Of a stretch of DNA of 53,833 bases, positions 21,855 to 32,233 are shown piece after piece (the stretch's first letter is position 1; each line of letters opens with the position of its first letter). The translations under genes were made by a program, and so were the position numbers. The notes beneath the pieces were generated by a model. The model did not search any database, had not been told where the DNA came from, and saw nothing but the letters and a program-made list of their open reading frames with translations. Source of the stretch: Rhizaria sp. SCN 62-66 (lineage: Eukaryota); contig MEDY01000196.1 of assembly GCA_001724265.1 (NCBI GenBank), positions 1-53,833 of the forward strand, given 5' to 3'.

Positions 21855-22706
21855 TTAGGCGATGAAGTACATGAAGTTGGGAAGCTTGAGGATCTCTCCA
21901 GTGTAGCCACCCGCGCAGTCGGACACCTGGTCGCCGATGCAGCCGATGATGTTGTACTTGGTGGAGAAGGTCTTGCGGTGCGCGGCCTTGTACACGGCGG
22001 CGGTGACGGCATCCTCCGCAGGCGTGCGAAGCACCAGCTCGTCAGCGGCGAGGCCGAACTTCTGCAGGTTGGTGAGCGTGGCCTCGCGCTCGGCCTCGTG
22101 GCGGCCCGTGATCATGATGATCTTGACCTTCTTGTCGACGAGCACGTTGTAAAAGGCCTGCGTGCCCGGGATCACGGGCGCGCGCGCCTCAAGCACCCAG
22201 GCCGCCCAGGCCGCCTTGTCGTACGCGAAGTCGGCGTTCTTGGTCGCCTCGTAGTTGTTCAGCAGCGTCTCGTCGATGTCGAACACCACGGCCGGGGGCA
22301 GCTCCGCCGCGACCGCGGCCGCCGCGTCGCCGGTCTCGGCGCCGACGAGGGCCGCGAGCTGCGCTGCCTTGAGCGCGACCTCGAGCTTCTTGGTATAAGG
22401 CACCGTGAGCGACTCGACGTGCTCATGGTACTTGCTCGACTCATAGTAGGCGACGACGTTGCGCTTGACGTCAGCCACGTTCTCGAGCCCCTCGGCGAAG
22501 GGGTCCGTGGGATTGGGCACGTGGTGGTCCGTGTTGGGGCGCGTGGCCACGTAGACGATGCCCGTGATGGCCATGATCGTGCCAAGCACGACCACGATCG
22601 AGAGCAGGATCGAGTTGCGTTTCGTGATCTTGATCAGGTTCGCGTTCGGGTCCACTTCGGGCACGGACGTGTTAATGTCCATGTTGTGGTAACTCTTGGT
22701 AGACAT
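21855..22706 (-). CDS. HAD superfamily IIIB acid phosphatase with an N-terminal membrane anchor
   Basis: Motif I VFDIDETLLNN, motif II ITGR, motif III YKAAHR, motif IV IGDQVSD, C-terminal KLPNFMY. Hydrophobic segment ILLSIVVVLGTIMAITGIVYVA. Ends in TAA. Confidence 0.92.
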   Translation of the reverse strand: MSTKSYHNMDINTSVPEVDPNANLIKITKRNSILLSIVVVLGTIMAITGIVYVATRPNTDHHVPNPTDPFAEGLENVADVKRNVVAYYESSKYHEHVESLTVPYTKKLEVALKAAQLAALVGAETGDAAAAVAAELPPAVVFDIDETLLNNYEATKNADFAYDKAAWAAWVLEARAPVIPGTQAFYNVLVDKKVKIIMITGRHEAEREATLTNLQKFGLAADELVLRTPAEDAVTAAVYKAAHRKTFSTKYNIIGCIGDQVSDCAGGYTGEILKLPNFMYFIA

Positions 22707-23564
22707 GGAGACCCTCTGTTGGGTTGAGTGGTGGGCGAGAGCAACAGAAGGAACGACATGGAGCGACAGGGGTGAGTGTTAATTGCGATTCATGCGTTGA
22801 GAATTGAGTTTGAATGTGACATTTGTCTTTCAATGAAACAAAGAGAGATTTTGTTTCGAGTGTCATCTGTAGCAGAGAGAAACAGTGATAAAATAGTGCC
22901 TAACAGTCGTAAACAAAACAGTGGTGTGTGCCACCGAACATGTCGTGATGACAACACTCAAAAGCATGATGCCGAGCACAATATCACGACATGATGGACA
23001 AAAACGCACTTAACTAAGCACAAACACAGCAGCAAATGCATTCACACATGCGTGCTATCCCCATCAGCAAACATTCCGGCGCGGGCAGCTTGATAAACAC
23101 GAACGATGACGAGAGCGTCACAGCTGTGTTACGAAGGGAACGTATTATAGGATTCCAGCAGTTCACAATTCCACTTAAACGGCGTGCAATTACAGGGGAA
23201 TATACAAAACCACTAATTAAATACCATAACAAAGGTCCGATACCATTTGCACGCGGGCACATTGCGCTGGTGTGCTTTCGCTGAGAGCGAACATGCAGGC
23301 CTGTAGGTCCGTCGTCCTACGACGGACAACTTGGACAGGCTGGATTGATCGTTTCCTTTATAGAGCGCTACCACAGGGGGTACATCGTAAACCTTGCCAA
23401 TAACAGGGTGTATAGCGTTTTTATATGTTGAAGCATTTATTTTTAAATTCATTTTTTCACAGAAGCTCATATACCCCTCTCACGCCTCTCTTTGCACCCA
23501 TCGACGTCGCCTAAGCGCATCTACTCCACTCCAGCTTGGCCAAACCCCTCTCTGCACTGCTGAC

Positions 23565-26500
23565 ATGCCTCACTCCCCAGACGGCCCGCCCATGACGTCC
23601 ATTGTCGCCTCTGGCGAGCTGCTTCGCCAGCTGGCAAACACGGTCTCCGCGCGCCGCGTCTCCGGCCTGGCCGCCGAGCCCGCAATGGGGTACCTGCTGG
23701 GCACGCCCGACGCGGCCCTGCTCGCGGAGGACCCCGTGGAGGGCTACTCCTTCGTCGACGTGCCCTGCGCGCCGGGCGCGCTCGTTGCCAGCGGCGCGCT
23801 GATGCTGCCGCCCTCGGTGCGCGGCGGCGTGCACCTGCACTGCGGCCCCATCGGCTCGCTCGCATCCCTGCGCCTCGCCGCGCCCGACGGCGTGCCCTTC
23901 CTGGGCGTTCTCGTCATCGCGCCAGACGCGGCGGCCGCTGACCTGGCCGCGCCACCGCCCGCGGCCACCTTCGCCGCCTTTGCGCGCGCCGCCGTGCTCG
24001 ACTCGGCCGGCGCGCTGCCCTTCTGGCGCGAAAACCTCCGCGTGCTCCGCGGCAGCGGCGCCACCGAGGCCACCGCCGCCGCCGCCCCGCTTGTCGTCCT
24101 CGTCGCCATCCCCGCGCCCGCCGCGCTGCTCGGCCCCGCTTCTACCGCTGGCGCCGCTGATATTGCGGACAAGGACGGCGTGGTGCGCGTGGGCGTGGCG
24201 GGGCAGCGCGCGTTCGACCCCGCCTATCTGCGCGCATTCGTCCTCCACGGAGACTGCGACTGCACCGCTGACGATGACGCTGATGCTGATGACGAGGGCG
24301 AGGGCCAGGGTCTGGTGGTCGGCGACGACGACGACGGCGTGGTCCGCGCGCTTGCGCGTCCGCTGCGCGTCAAGCTCGGCACCAGCGACGTCGACACGTA
24401 CAGCAATAACGATAATGACAACGCCAACAAGAGCATCAACAGTGATCCCCTGACGAGTCGCCTGGATGTGTCACGCTTTGTCGCCTTTACGCGCACGCTC
24501 ACGCTGCGCATACCACCCTCGCTGTCGTCGGAACACATGGCGGCTTACCTTAAGTCGCAGCTCGACACAGCGCCCGCACTCACGTGCGTCTCCAGCAACA
24601 CGGACGACAATGATGACGATGACGACGAAGACGGCGAGGACAATGCTACGAATGAGAGCTCTCGTCACCGTACCACAGCCGCCGCGTGCGTGCTTACGTC
24701 TCCCACCGGCGTGTTCGAGCCTCTGCTGCTCCCGTCCCCGTCTCCGCCCACCGTCGACACGATCGCCGCCGCCGCCGCCGCTGCCGCTGCTGCTTCTGGT
24801 GGCAATGAGGCCAGCCCTCTGTTGACTGTGCCCGTGACCGTCGTCTCCCAGTCCGCCCCTGTGTCCGCGCCCCTGCCCCTCGTCCTCTCCGTCGACACCA
24901 ACGACGCCGACAAGAACGCCGCCGCCAAGAGTTCTGCCGCCGCAGCCGCCGCCTCGGCCGCCGCCGCGGCGCTCCCGGCCCCCGTGGCGCGGCCCTGCAC
25001 GGTGACGCTTGCGGCCGTCTGCGTCTTTTCACGCGCGGTGCATGGCGCGCTCACCGCGGACCGCGTCGCCGTCCGTCTCGCGTGCGCGCTCCGCGAACAG
25101 GCGCAGCTGCTTCTCTCGATGCTTGCCGCGCCCGCGCTGCTGGCCCACGAGACGGGGCTCTTCTCGCGCGGCGTCGGCGCTGATGCCTTCCCGGCCGCCG
25201 CGCTGACCACGCCCGCGCTCGCCGCCGCCGCCGCGCCGCCGCTGTCGGCCGCCGCGGCCGCCGCGGCCGCCGACGCCGCCGCCGCCCTGTCCGGCGCCAG
25301 CGGTGGTGCCAGTGCGGGCACCGGCGAGGTGAGCGCGGAGGTGCGCCGGCTGATGCAGCGGCTGCAGCGCTGGGTGAGCCCCTTCCCGCTGGCGCTGCCC
25401 GCTGAGGCCCGGGCCGCGTTCTCCGCCGCCGAAGCTGCGTACCCGTCGTACCTGCTCCCCGTGGCCTACACATTCACACAGCTCCCCGCCCCAGGCTCTG
25501 TCTCGAGCGCAACTAGCGGCAACAGCAGCGGCAGCACCAGCACGGCTGTGAACAGGAGTGCGTCGCTGTGGGCGTTCGCGCCCCTCGTCGCACTGCCGCA
25601 CTTCGACCTCGCACTGCCGGCCGACGCGTCCGCCTCGTCCGCCGCGGCGGGGGGCAGCAATACGGACCCCGTGTTCTCCCCGCTCGCCGCGGCGACGGCG
25701 CGCGCCCTCCGCGCGGCGGCCACCGACGCAGTGGCGCTCGCGCTCGCGCGCGGACGGCCCGTCGCGGACTCGCTGACTCCGCTCCCGCTGCCCGCGGCCG
25801 CGGCGGCCATCAAGACCCACGCGATGCCGTCCCCCGGCGCCGATGTAGGGGCCCTGTTGCCGCCGCGCGCGTTGGCCGCGGCGCGCACCGAGCAGCTGCG
25901 CGCCGCGCTGGCGTGGCGGCTGGGCACCGAGACCGCCTGCGGGACCTCCGCCGTGCCCATCGCCGCGCCTGTCGCAACTACGATGTAGAGTGGCTTCGGG
26001 GCGAACCACGGCTTCGGCTTCAGCTTCGGCGGCGCGGGCGAGAGTGCCATCGGGGCGGGCGCGGGCGGGCGGCTGGTCAACGTGCATCTGTCCGTGCCCA
26101 CGGTTACTTTCGCGCAGAAGACAAACGCCAGCAGCAGTAGCAGCAGCAGGAAGAGCTCCGCCAGTACCAACGACGACGGCTTCGGCTTCAACGATCTCGA
26201 CGGCGACGACGGCGCTAACGACGGCGACTCGACTCCCTCTGCTGCGAGCGGCGCTGTGATTGTCGCGCAGGTGTCGGGGCTGAGCGAGTACTGCCATTAC
26301 GGCCAAGACGGGCTCGCGGACAAGGGATGGGGCTGCGCCTACCGCGTCCTGCAGACGATCCTGACGTGGTACCGGCTGCAGGGCTTCCTCTCCGAGCGCG
26401 CGCACCCGCACCTGGCGGGCCGCGGCGGCTCCTTTGCGGGCGTGCCGTCGCACCGCGCGCTGCAGAGCGCGCTGGTGGCCGCGGGCGACAAGCCCGCCTC

Positions 26501-26888
26501 GATCCGAGGCTCACAGCAGTGGATCGGCAGCGTCGAGCTGGCCGTCGCGCTCGCCGCGCTCTATGGGCTCCGCAGCCGCGTGCTGCCATGCGCCTCGGGC
26601 GCCGCCGTGCGCGCCGCCGCGCCGGCGCTTGTGGAGCACTTCGCGACGCAGGGCACGCCCGTCATGGTCGGCGGCGGCGCACTCGCTCTCTGCGTGCTGG
26701 GCGTCGCCGTGCACCGCGCCTCCGGCGACGTGCGCTATCTCGTGCTGGACCCGCACTACACAGGCGCCGACGCCGTGGAGCCGGTCATTAAGGGCGGGTG
26801 GTGCCGCTGGCGCGGGGCCGAGACCTGGAGCGAAGGGGACTTCTATAACATTCTGCTGCCCCAGCGTCCACGCGCGTTGCAGCTCTAA
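23565..26888 (+). CDS. UFSP2: UFM1-specific protease, UFSP2-like (peptidase C78), ~1107 aa; 1 in-frame TAG
   Basis: C-terminal HYGQDGLADKGWGCAYRVLQT (catalytic Cys), GDKP..GSQQWIGSVE, GTPVMVGGG, LDPHYTG (Asp/His). In frame with the upstream ORF across TAG 25986-88. There is no in-frame ATG between the TAG and the catalytic Cys. The start could be 23565 or 23592. Ends in TAA. Confidence 0.88.
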
Positions 26889-27499
26889 GGAATCTGTCAA
26901 CTCTTTTTTCATACTCGTGGTGAATGGCTGTTAGTTCTATTGTTTAAAGCTCTACATTGTTTATTGAACATGCAAATGAGTCGAGATATTGAAATGTGCC
27001 AGGTGCAGCGTTTCACACGTACATGTAAATGGAAATACAAAAGTTCAGGTTGCATTTCCAAGCAGCATAGTAACACTGTAACATTGTGACGAGTAACGAC
27101 GTCTTTATCTTTCATAAGATGAGTGAGAAGACTTAAAAATTTGTATTTTATAGGTTTATATTTACTAAAATAATAATGTTGTTTGGAATTGCAGTCTATT
27201 TCACCGTTTTTGAGTTGCTTTTATTTAGTTGTCACCACACATCGCTCATGCAAGTTGTTTGTGGTCGGCAAATTGGCGCCTCCTCAATCGAGATATGTCC
27301 TTCGTTCTAGTCAGGATTTCGCACTGGTTTGATCGTAAAACAAGAAAATTCGATGTGTTAGAGAAATCTAATACAGCGTTATACGAATTTAGTTTAAATA
27401 TACTGAAAAATTTCTATAATTTCAGTGGAATCTAACTGAAATGCAATCGCCCTTTTCCTTCTTGCTTCGGAAAGGTATCAAGCCTATCAGCGCTTGTTC

Positions 27500-29188
27500 A
27501 TGCCTCGCCCGGCCTCCAAGCAACAGGCAGACTCTTCCCTGGCACGAAAAAGCCCAGCTCGGAAGTCGCGCCCGACTGCGTTTTCCCGCGACAACATCTC
27601 CTCTTCCTCAGAGTCCGGCGACGACTCCGAGCTTGAGGTGGTGAGCGTTGTCTCCGTTTCCAACTCGCCATCTCTCGCCCCCAATTCACCCGACGCTGGC
27701 CCCACAGCCAAGCGTGCTCGCACCGCACGGCCTAGCAAGCTTGACCTCAGCGCGCCGCACGAGGGCAGCGCCCGCGCTGGCGCTTCCTCCAGCGACAACG
27801 ATGACTAGAACGACGACGTCGCGCTCAAGTCTCACAGCTCCAGCTCAAAGGATGCCGCTGCTGCCGCTGCCGCTGCCGCCGGTGCTGACGGTAGCGGTAG
27901 CGGTGCTACGTCTGGCCGCGGCGGCCGCGGGCGCCCATCAGGGCGCGGCGGCAGCAGCGGGGCGGTCTCGCGCGGCCGAGCTGACTTCGCCGACACGGGC
28001 GCTATCGCCGGTGGTGGCGACTTGGACAGCGGGCGCGGGCGCGTGCGCGGGCGTGGGCGTGGCCGCGGCCGTGGTGCCAGCACCGGCGTGACACGCGGTG
28101 CGAGCGTCTCAACCCGCGGTGGCGGCGCGGTCGGCCGCGGCGGCCGTGGCAGAGGCAGAGGCCGCGGCCGCGGAGCCAGTGCCAGTGCCAGCGCTGGCGT
28201 GAGCGCCCGGAGCAAGAGAACCTCCACCGCGAGAGCCAGTAGCAGCGACGACGGCGGCGACGGTGGCGACGAGAGCGACGCGGACGACTTTGGCGATGAC
28301 GACGCGCCGGTCGTGGACGCTTCCTCCGGCTCTGGCTCTGGCTCTGGCTCCGGCGGGAGCCCCTCAGAGAGAGATGATGAAAATGAGGCCGTCGCCGTTG
28401 TCGAGACCCCCGTTGTGAAGCGCCGTGGCCGCCCTCCGGGGAGCGGCTCTAAGAGCAAGGGCAGCGGCCAGGCGCCTGCTGCGGGCACTCCTGCCTCCAT
28501 CGCTTCCAAGAACGGCGCCAGCGCGGCCGCGGGCGCGCCAAGAGGCGCCGCGCAGTCCGACTCGCTCATCGCGGCGGCGCAGCACGCGCGCGCGCTGCTG
28601 GCGGCCTCCCGCGACGGGCCCGGCAATCAGCGCGCGTCGGCGGCGGCCGAGGCGGTTTTCGTGCGCGCCACCAGAGAGGCCGCTGTCCGGCGCGAGCAGA
28701 TGCCCGTCGGCGCAGGCCGCCATACCTTCTGCCTCATCTCGAGCGCGCCCGCGGCCGTGCTCGCGGCCGACGCCGCCGCGATGGCCGCGCAGCTCGCGCG
28801 CGCCACCAAGGCCGCCGGCGAGGCCGCCGCGGCCGCGGCTGCGGCTACTGCCGTCGTCGCGGCGGCCGAGCGAGTGCGCGCTCCGGGCGGCAGGGGAGGC
28901 ACGGGCGCGCTTGAAAGCGACCCGGACCTGGTCCGCGTCAGGGACAGGGCTGCGGCGGCCGTGGCGGCCGCGGTCAAAGCGCAGGCGGGTGTGACGACTG
29001 CGGTGCGCGGCCTGGCCGCGGCCGGCGATCGCGGTGCGTGTGCCAGCTGCGGCGCCGAGACCAGCTACGTGTGCCGTGTCTGCTCGCTGATGGTCAGGCG
29101 GCCCGTGCCGTACTGCCTCTTGGGCGCGCAGGGTTGCTGCGCGACCGCGCACCAGATCCACTGCTTCTTGCTTGGTCTCGACGGCTGA
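27500..29188 (+). CDS. ~562-aa probable DNA-binding protein with RG/RGG repeats, an AT-hook and a C-terminal Cys/His zinc ribbon; 1 in-frame TAG
   Basis: ORFs 27494..27808 and 28022..29188 share a frame across TAG 27806-08. AT-hook KRRGRPP at 28418-28438. CASCGAETSYVCRVC..VPYC..GCCATAH at ~29039-29152. Ends in TGA. Confidence 0.75.
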
Positions 29189-29451
29189 ATACCGCATTGC
29201 GCAACATAGCACGCTGATATGGACAGATAGCCAGTGGAGGCGAGCCGTCTCAGGGCCAGCCATGACTGCTACATATTTCATTGTTTAATTAATTTCTGAA
29301 TACAATAGGACGATTTACATTCGTAAAATCGATATGCTTTATGATTGCAATCATTAATTGGTTCACATAATTTGGATATATCCTACTAGATAAAGATTGA
29401 GAACATTCACTTTTTTCGCACATTGTTGCGCGTACAAGTCCGTCGCACTAG

Positions 29452-31716
29452 TTACAGAGAAGGCTCCGAGTCTTGCACGAGCGCCTTGGCTCGCTCAAAC
29501 TTGGCCCTCTCCATCTCGCGCAGCTCCTTGCGCACGACTTTGCCCGTGGTCGTCATTGGCAGCGCCTCGATGAACTCAATGTGGCGCGGGAACTGATGCT
29601 GCGCCAACCGCGCGCGCACGAACTGCTGCAGCTCCGCGCGCAGTTCCTGCTTGCTTACGGCCGCGAACGCGGGCGCCAGCACAATGAAGGCCTTGACAGC
29701 CTCGCCGCGGATCTCGTCGGGCACGCCCACAACGGCAGCGTTGCCCACGGCAGGGTGCCGCAGCAGACAGCCCTCGATCTCGCTGGGCCCGATGCGGTAC
29801 CCTGCGGACTTGATCACGTCGTCGTTGCGCCCCACGTACCAGAAGTACCCGTCCCCATCGCGCCGCGCGAGGTCGCCCGTGAGCAGGTACCCGTTCTGGA
29901 CCTTCTCGCGCGTCGCCACGGGGTTGTTGAGGTACTCGAGGAACGCGACAGGGTGCGGCACGCGCACGCCGATGTTGCCGACGGCGCCCGAGGGCAGCGG
30001 CTGGCCCTGGTCGTCCACGATGTCGACCACGTGGCCGGGGATCGCGCGGCCCATCGAGCCCGGCCTTACTTCCGGGGAGAGCGACAGGTGAGGCTTTCCA
30101 TCTGCCGACACAGACACACCTTGCGATTTGCCATTGTTCAGGTTCGAGCAGTTGCCGATGACAAGGTTGCACTCGGTCTGCCCGTAGAACTCGTTCACGG
30201 TGACGCCGAGCGCCTCGACGCCCCACTGCAGCACGGCCTCGCCCAGCGTCTCGCCGCCCGACCCCACGGAGCGCAGCGCGAAGCGCCAGCGCTGCTGCGG
30301 GTTGGGCACCGCGCGCATCATCTTGAGCGCCGTGGGCGGCATAAACGCGTTGCGCACACGGTACTTCTCCAGCACCGCGAACGCCGCCTCGGGGTCGAAC
30401 TTGCGGAAGCGCTTGGCGACTACTGGCACGCCGTGATGCAGTGACGGCAGCAACACATCCAGCAGCCCGCCGATCCAGGCCCAGTCCGCGGGCGTCCAGA
30501 ACACGTCCTGCGGCTGCGGGAAGAGGTTCTGCGGAAACTCGACGCCCGGGAGGTGGCCTAGAAGCACGCGGTGCGCGTGCAGCGCGCCTTTGGGTGGGCC
30601 CGTCGTGCCAGAGGTGTAGATCACCAGCGCGGGGTCGTCCGCGCGCGTCGCCACGGGCGTAAACGAACGAGACGCGGGCGCAAGCAGCGAGCTTAGCGAC
30701 AACACCTCCAGCGGCTGCGGCGGCAGAGAGTCGAGTTCCGAGGGGGAGCGAGCCCCGCTGTCACCAGCGCTCGAGCTGCTGTTGAGCGCAGAGCTCGAGC
30801 TGCTGCTGCTGCTGCTGCTAAATGGGGGCGGCGGGGGCGGGTTGGCCGGCGTGAACGCAGACAGCGGCGCCGAGGAGATGACGTGGCGCAGCGCAGGCAG
30901 GCCCGCCGCCGTGCCCGTCGCACTAGAGCTGTTCGCGAGCGCAACGACCTCGTCCAGCTTGCCGGGCTCTGCAAACACTGCGACAGCGCCCGAGTCGCGC
31001 AGCCGGTAGTGCAGCGCGTCGGGGCCGAAGAGCACGAACAGCGGCACGGCCACGGCGCCGGCCTTATAGATGGCCGTGTGTATGATCGCGGCCTCGGGGG
31101 ACTGCGAGCACACCAGCGCGATGCGGTCGCCGCGCTTGACGCCGAGGCGGTGCACGAGCGCGTTCGCAAGCTGGTTCGACTTCTCGATGAGGTGGCCAAA
31201 GGTCATGGTAAACTCAAGCCCCAGCTCGTCGGAGTAGAGCACGGCGGGCGCGTCCCACTTGTCGGCCGCGTGCTTGTCGCTGATGTCTGCGCCCATGTTG
31301 TACATCGCAGGCGTGGGCATCGTGAACCCGGCGCACAGCGCGGCGTAGGACGGCGCCGACGCGGGCAGCATGCGGGACCGCGCGGGGTCGACGTAGGGGT
31401 TCGCGACCGAGGGGATGAGCAGACGGCGGCGCTGCTCCTGCTCCGGGGAAGTCACGGCCGGGGCAGCGTTGTCGGCGCAGTAGGCATTATTAGAATCGGC
31501 GGCGGGCGGCTTGGACACAGTAGAAGTGCTGAACGGGGAGCAAAGAGCGAGTGGTGAGATCAAATCACACAGACATAAGGTACCACTTGAAGCGAGAGCA
31601 AACGACCGAACACCAACGCTGGCAGTGTCAGCCGCTTTTGCAGTGACGGCGACAGTTCGAGAAACAACCGCGGCTGAGGAACGGGAAACGAGGTTGCGGC
31701 AGACAGAAGAAAGCAT
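29452..31716 (-). CDS. AMP-forming acyl-CoA synthetase (ANL superfamily) with a putative mitochondrial presequence
   Basis: YTSGTTGPPKG, WTPADWAWIGG, EFYGQTE, TGDLA, GRNDDVIKSAGYRIGPSEIE, LPMTTTGKV. The N-terminus is Arg/Ser/Ala-rich and acid-poor (MLSSVCRNLVSRSSAAVVSR..VRSFA). Ends in TAA. Confidence 0.93.
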   Translation of the reverse strand: MLSSVCRNLVSRSSAAVVSRTVAVTAKAADTASVGVRSFALASSGTLCLCDLISPLALCSPFSTSTVSKPPAADSNNAYCADNAAPAVTSPEQEQRRRLLIPSVANPYVDPARSRMLPASAPSYAALCAGFTMPTPAMYNMGADISDKHAADKWDAPAVLYSDELGLEFTMTFGHLIEKSNQLANALVHRLGVKRGDRIALVCSQSPEAAIIHTAIYKAGAVAVPLFVLFGPDALHYRLRDSGAVAVFAEPGKLDEVVALANSSSATGTAAGLPALRHVISSAPLSAFTPANPPPPPPFSSSSSSSSSSALNSSSSAGDSGARSPSELDSLPPQPLEVLSLSSLLAPASRSFTPVATRADDPALVIYTSGTTGPPKGALHAHRVLLGHLPGVEFPQNLFPQPQDVFWTPADWAWIGGLLDVLLPSLHHGVPVVAKRFRKFDPEAAFAVLEKYRVRNAFMPPTALKMMRAVPNPQQRWRFALRSVGSGGETLGEAVLQWGVEALGVTVNEFYGQTECNLVIGNCSNLNNGKSQGVSVSADGKPHLSLSPEVRPGSMGRAIPGHVVDIVDDQGQPLPSGAVGNIGVRVPHPVAFLEYLNNPVATREKVQNGYLLTGDLARRDGDGYFWYVGRNDDVIKSAGYRIGPSEIEGCLLRHPAVGNAAVVGVPDEIRGEAVKAFIVLAPAFAAVSKQELRAELQQFVRARLAQHQFPRHIEFIEALPMTTTGKVVRKELREMERAKFERAKALVQDSEPSL

Positions 31717-32233
31717 TTGCGTCTTTCAGTCTGCGCAGTGTGCAATAAATACACAAATTATTGCTTGGGTTTGTGTGCTGACTTTGTTTAGAGTCGAGTG
31801 GAGTGCACGGAGAAGGAGAGAAAGGAGGCAAGAAAGATATGATGAAATAAGACTGATGAGAAGAGTTCGAAGACCTCGGCACGTCTCATCAGAAGAGCTA
31901 TGAAAGTATTATGAAAAAATCTACATACATATTCATCTGTTATATATGAACAAAATCAAGAATCCCCATTGTGACGACTCTGAGCCAAGATCTCCTTGAT
32001 TCCAATGTTGAGAGCAGTTAGGGGTAATCGGACTTCGTGCACGCGCTGCAGTGTAACATGTGGCTGTACAAAAAATACCGGGGTACCTGACTTGAAAGAA
32101 AGTATGATTGAAGTAGTCTTTATCGAAAGTCAAATAAGACAGTAGTCTAAGTACATAAAACAGTCAGATGAGTCATTTGTAGTCAGTATTGGTTCGATTT
32201 CAGACAGCAAAAAGGCGTGATTTCAGTGCTGTG

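Noticed and set aside
25986-25988. Pyrrolysine or programmed single-gene read-through
   Set aside because: Pyrrolysine is known only in prokaryotes. The TAGs occur in half the genes, at non-catalytic sites, with no shared downstream context.
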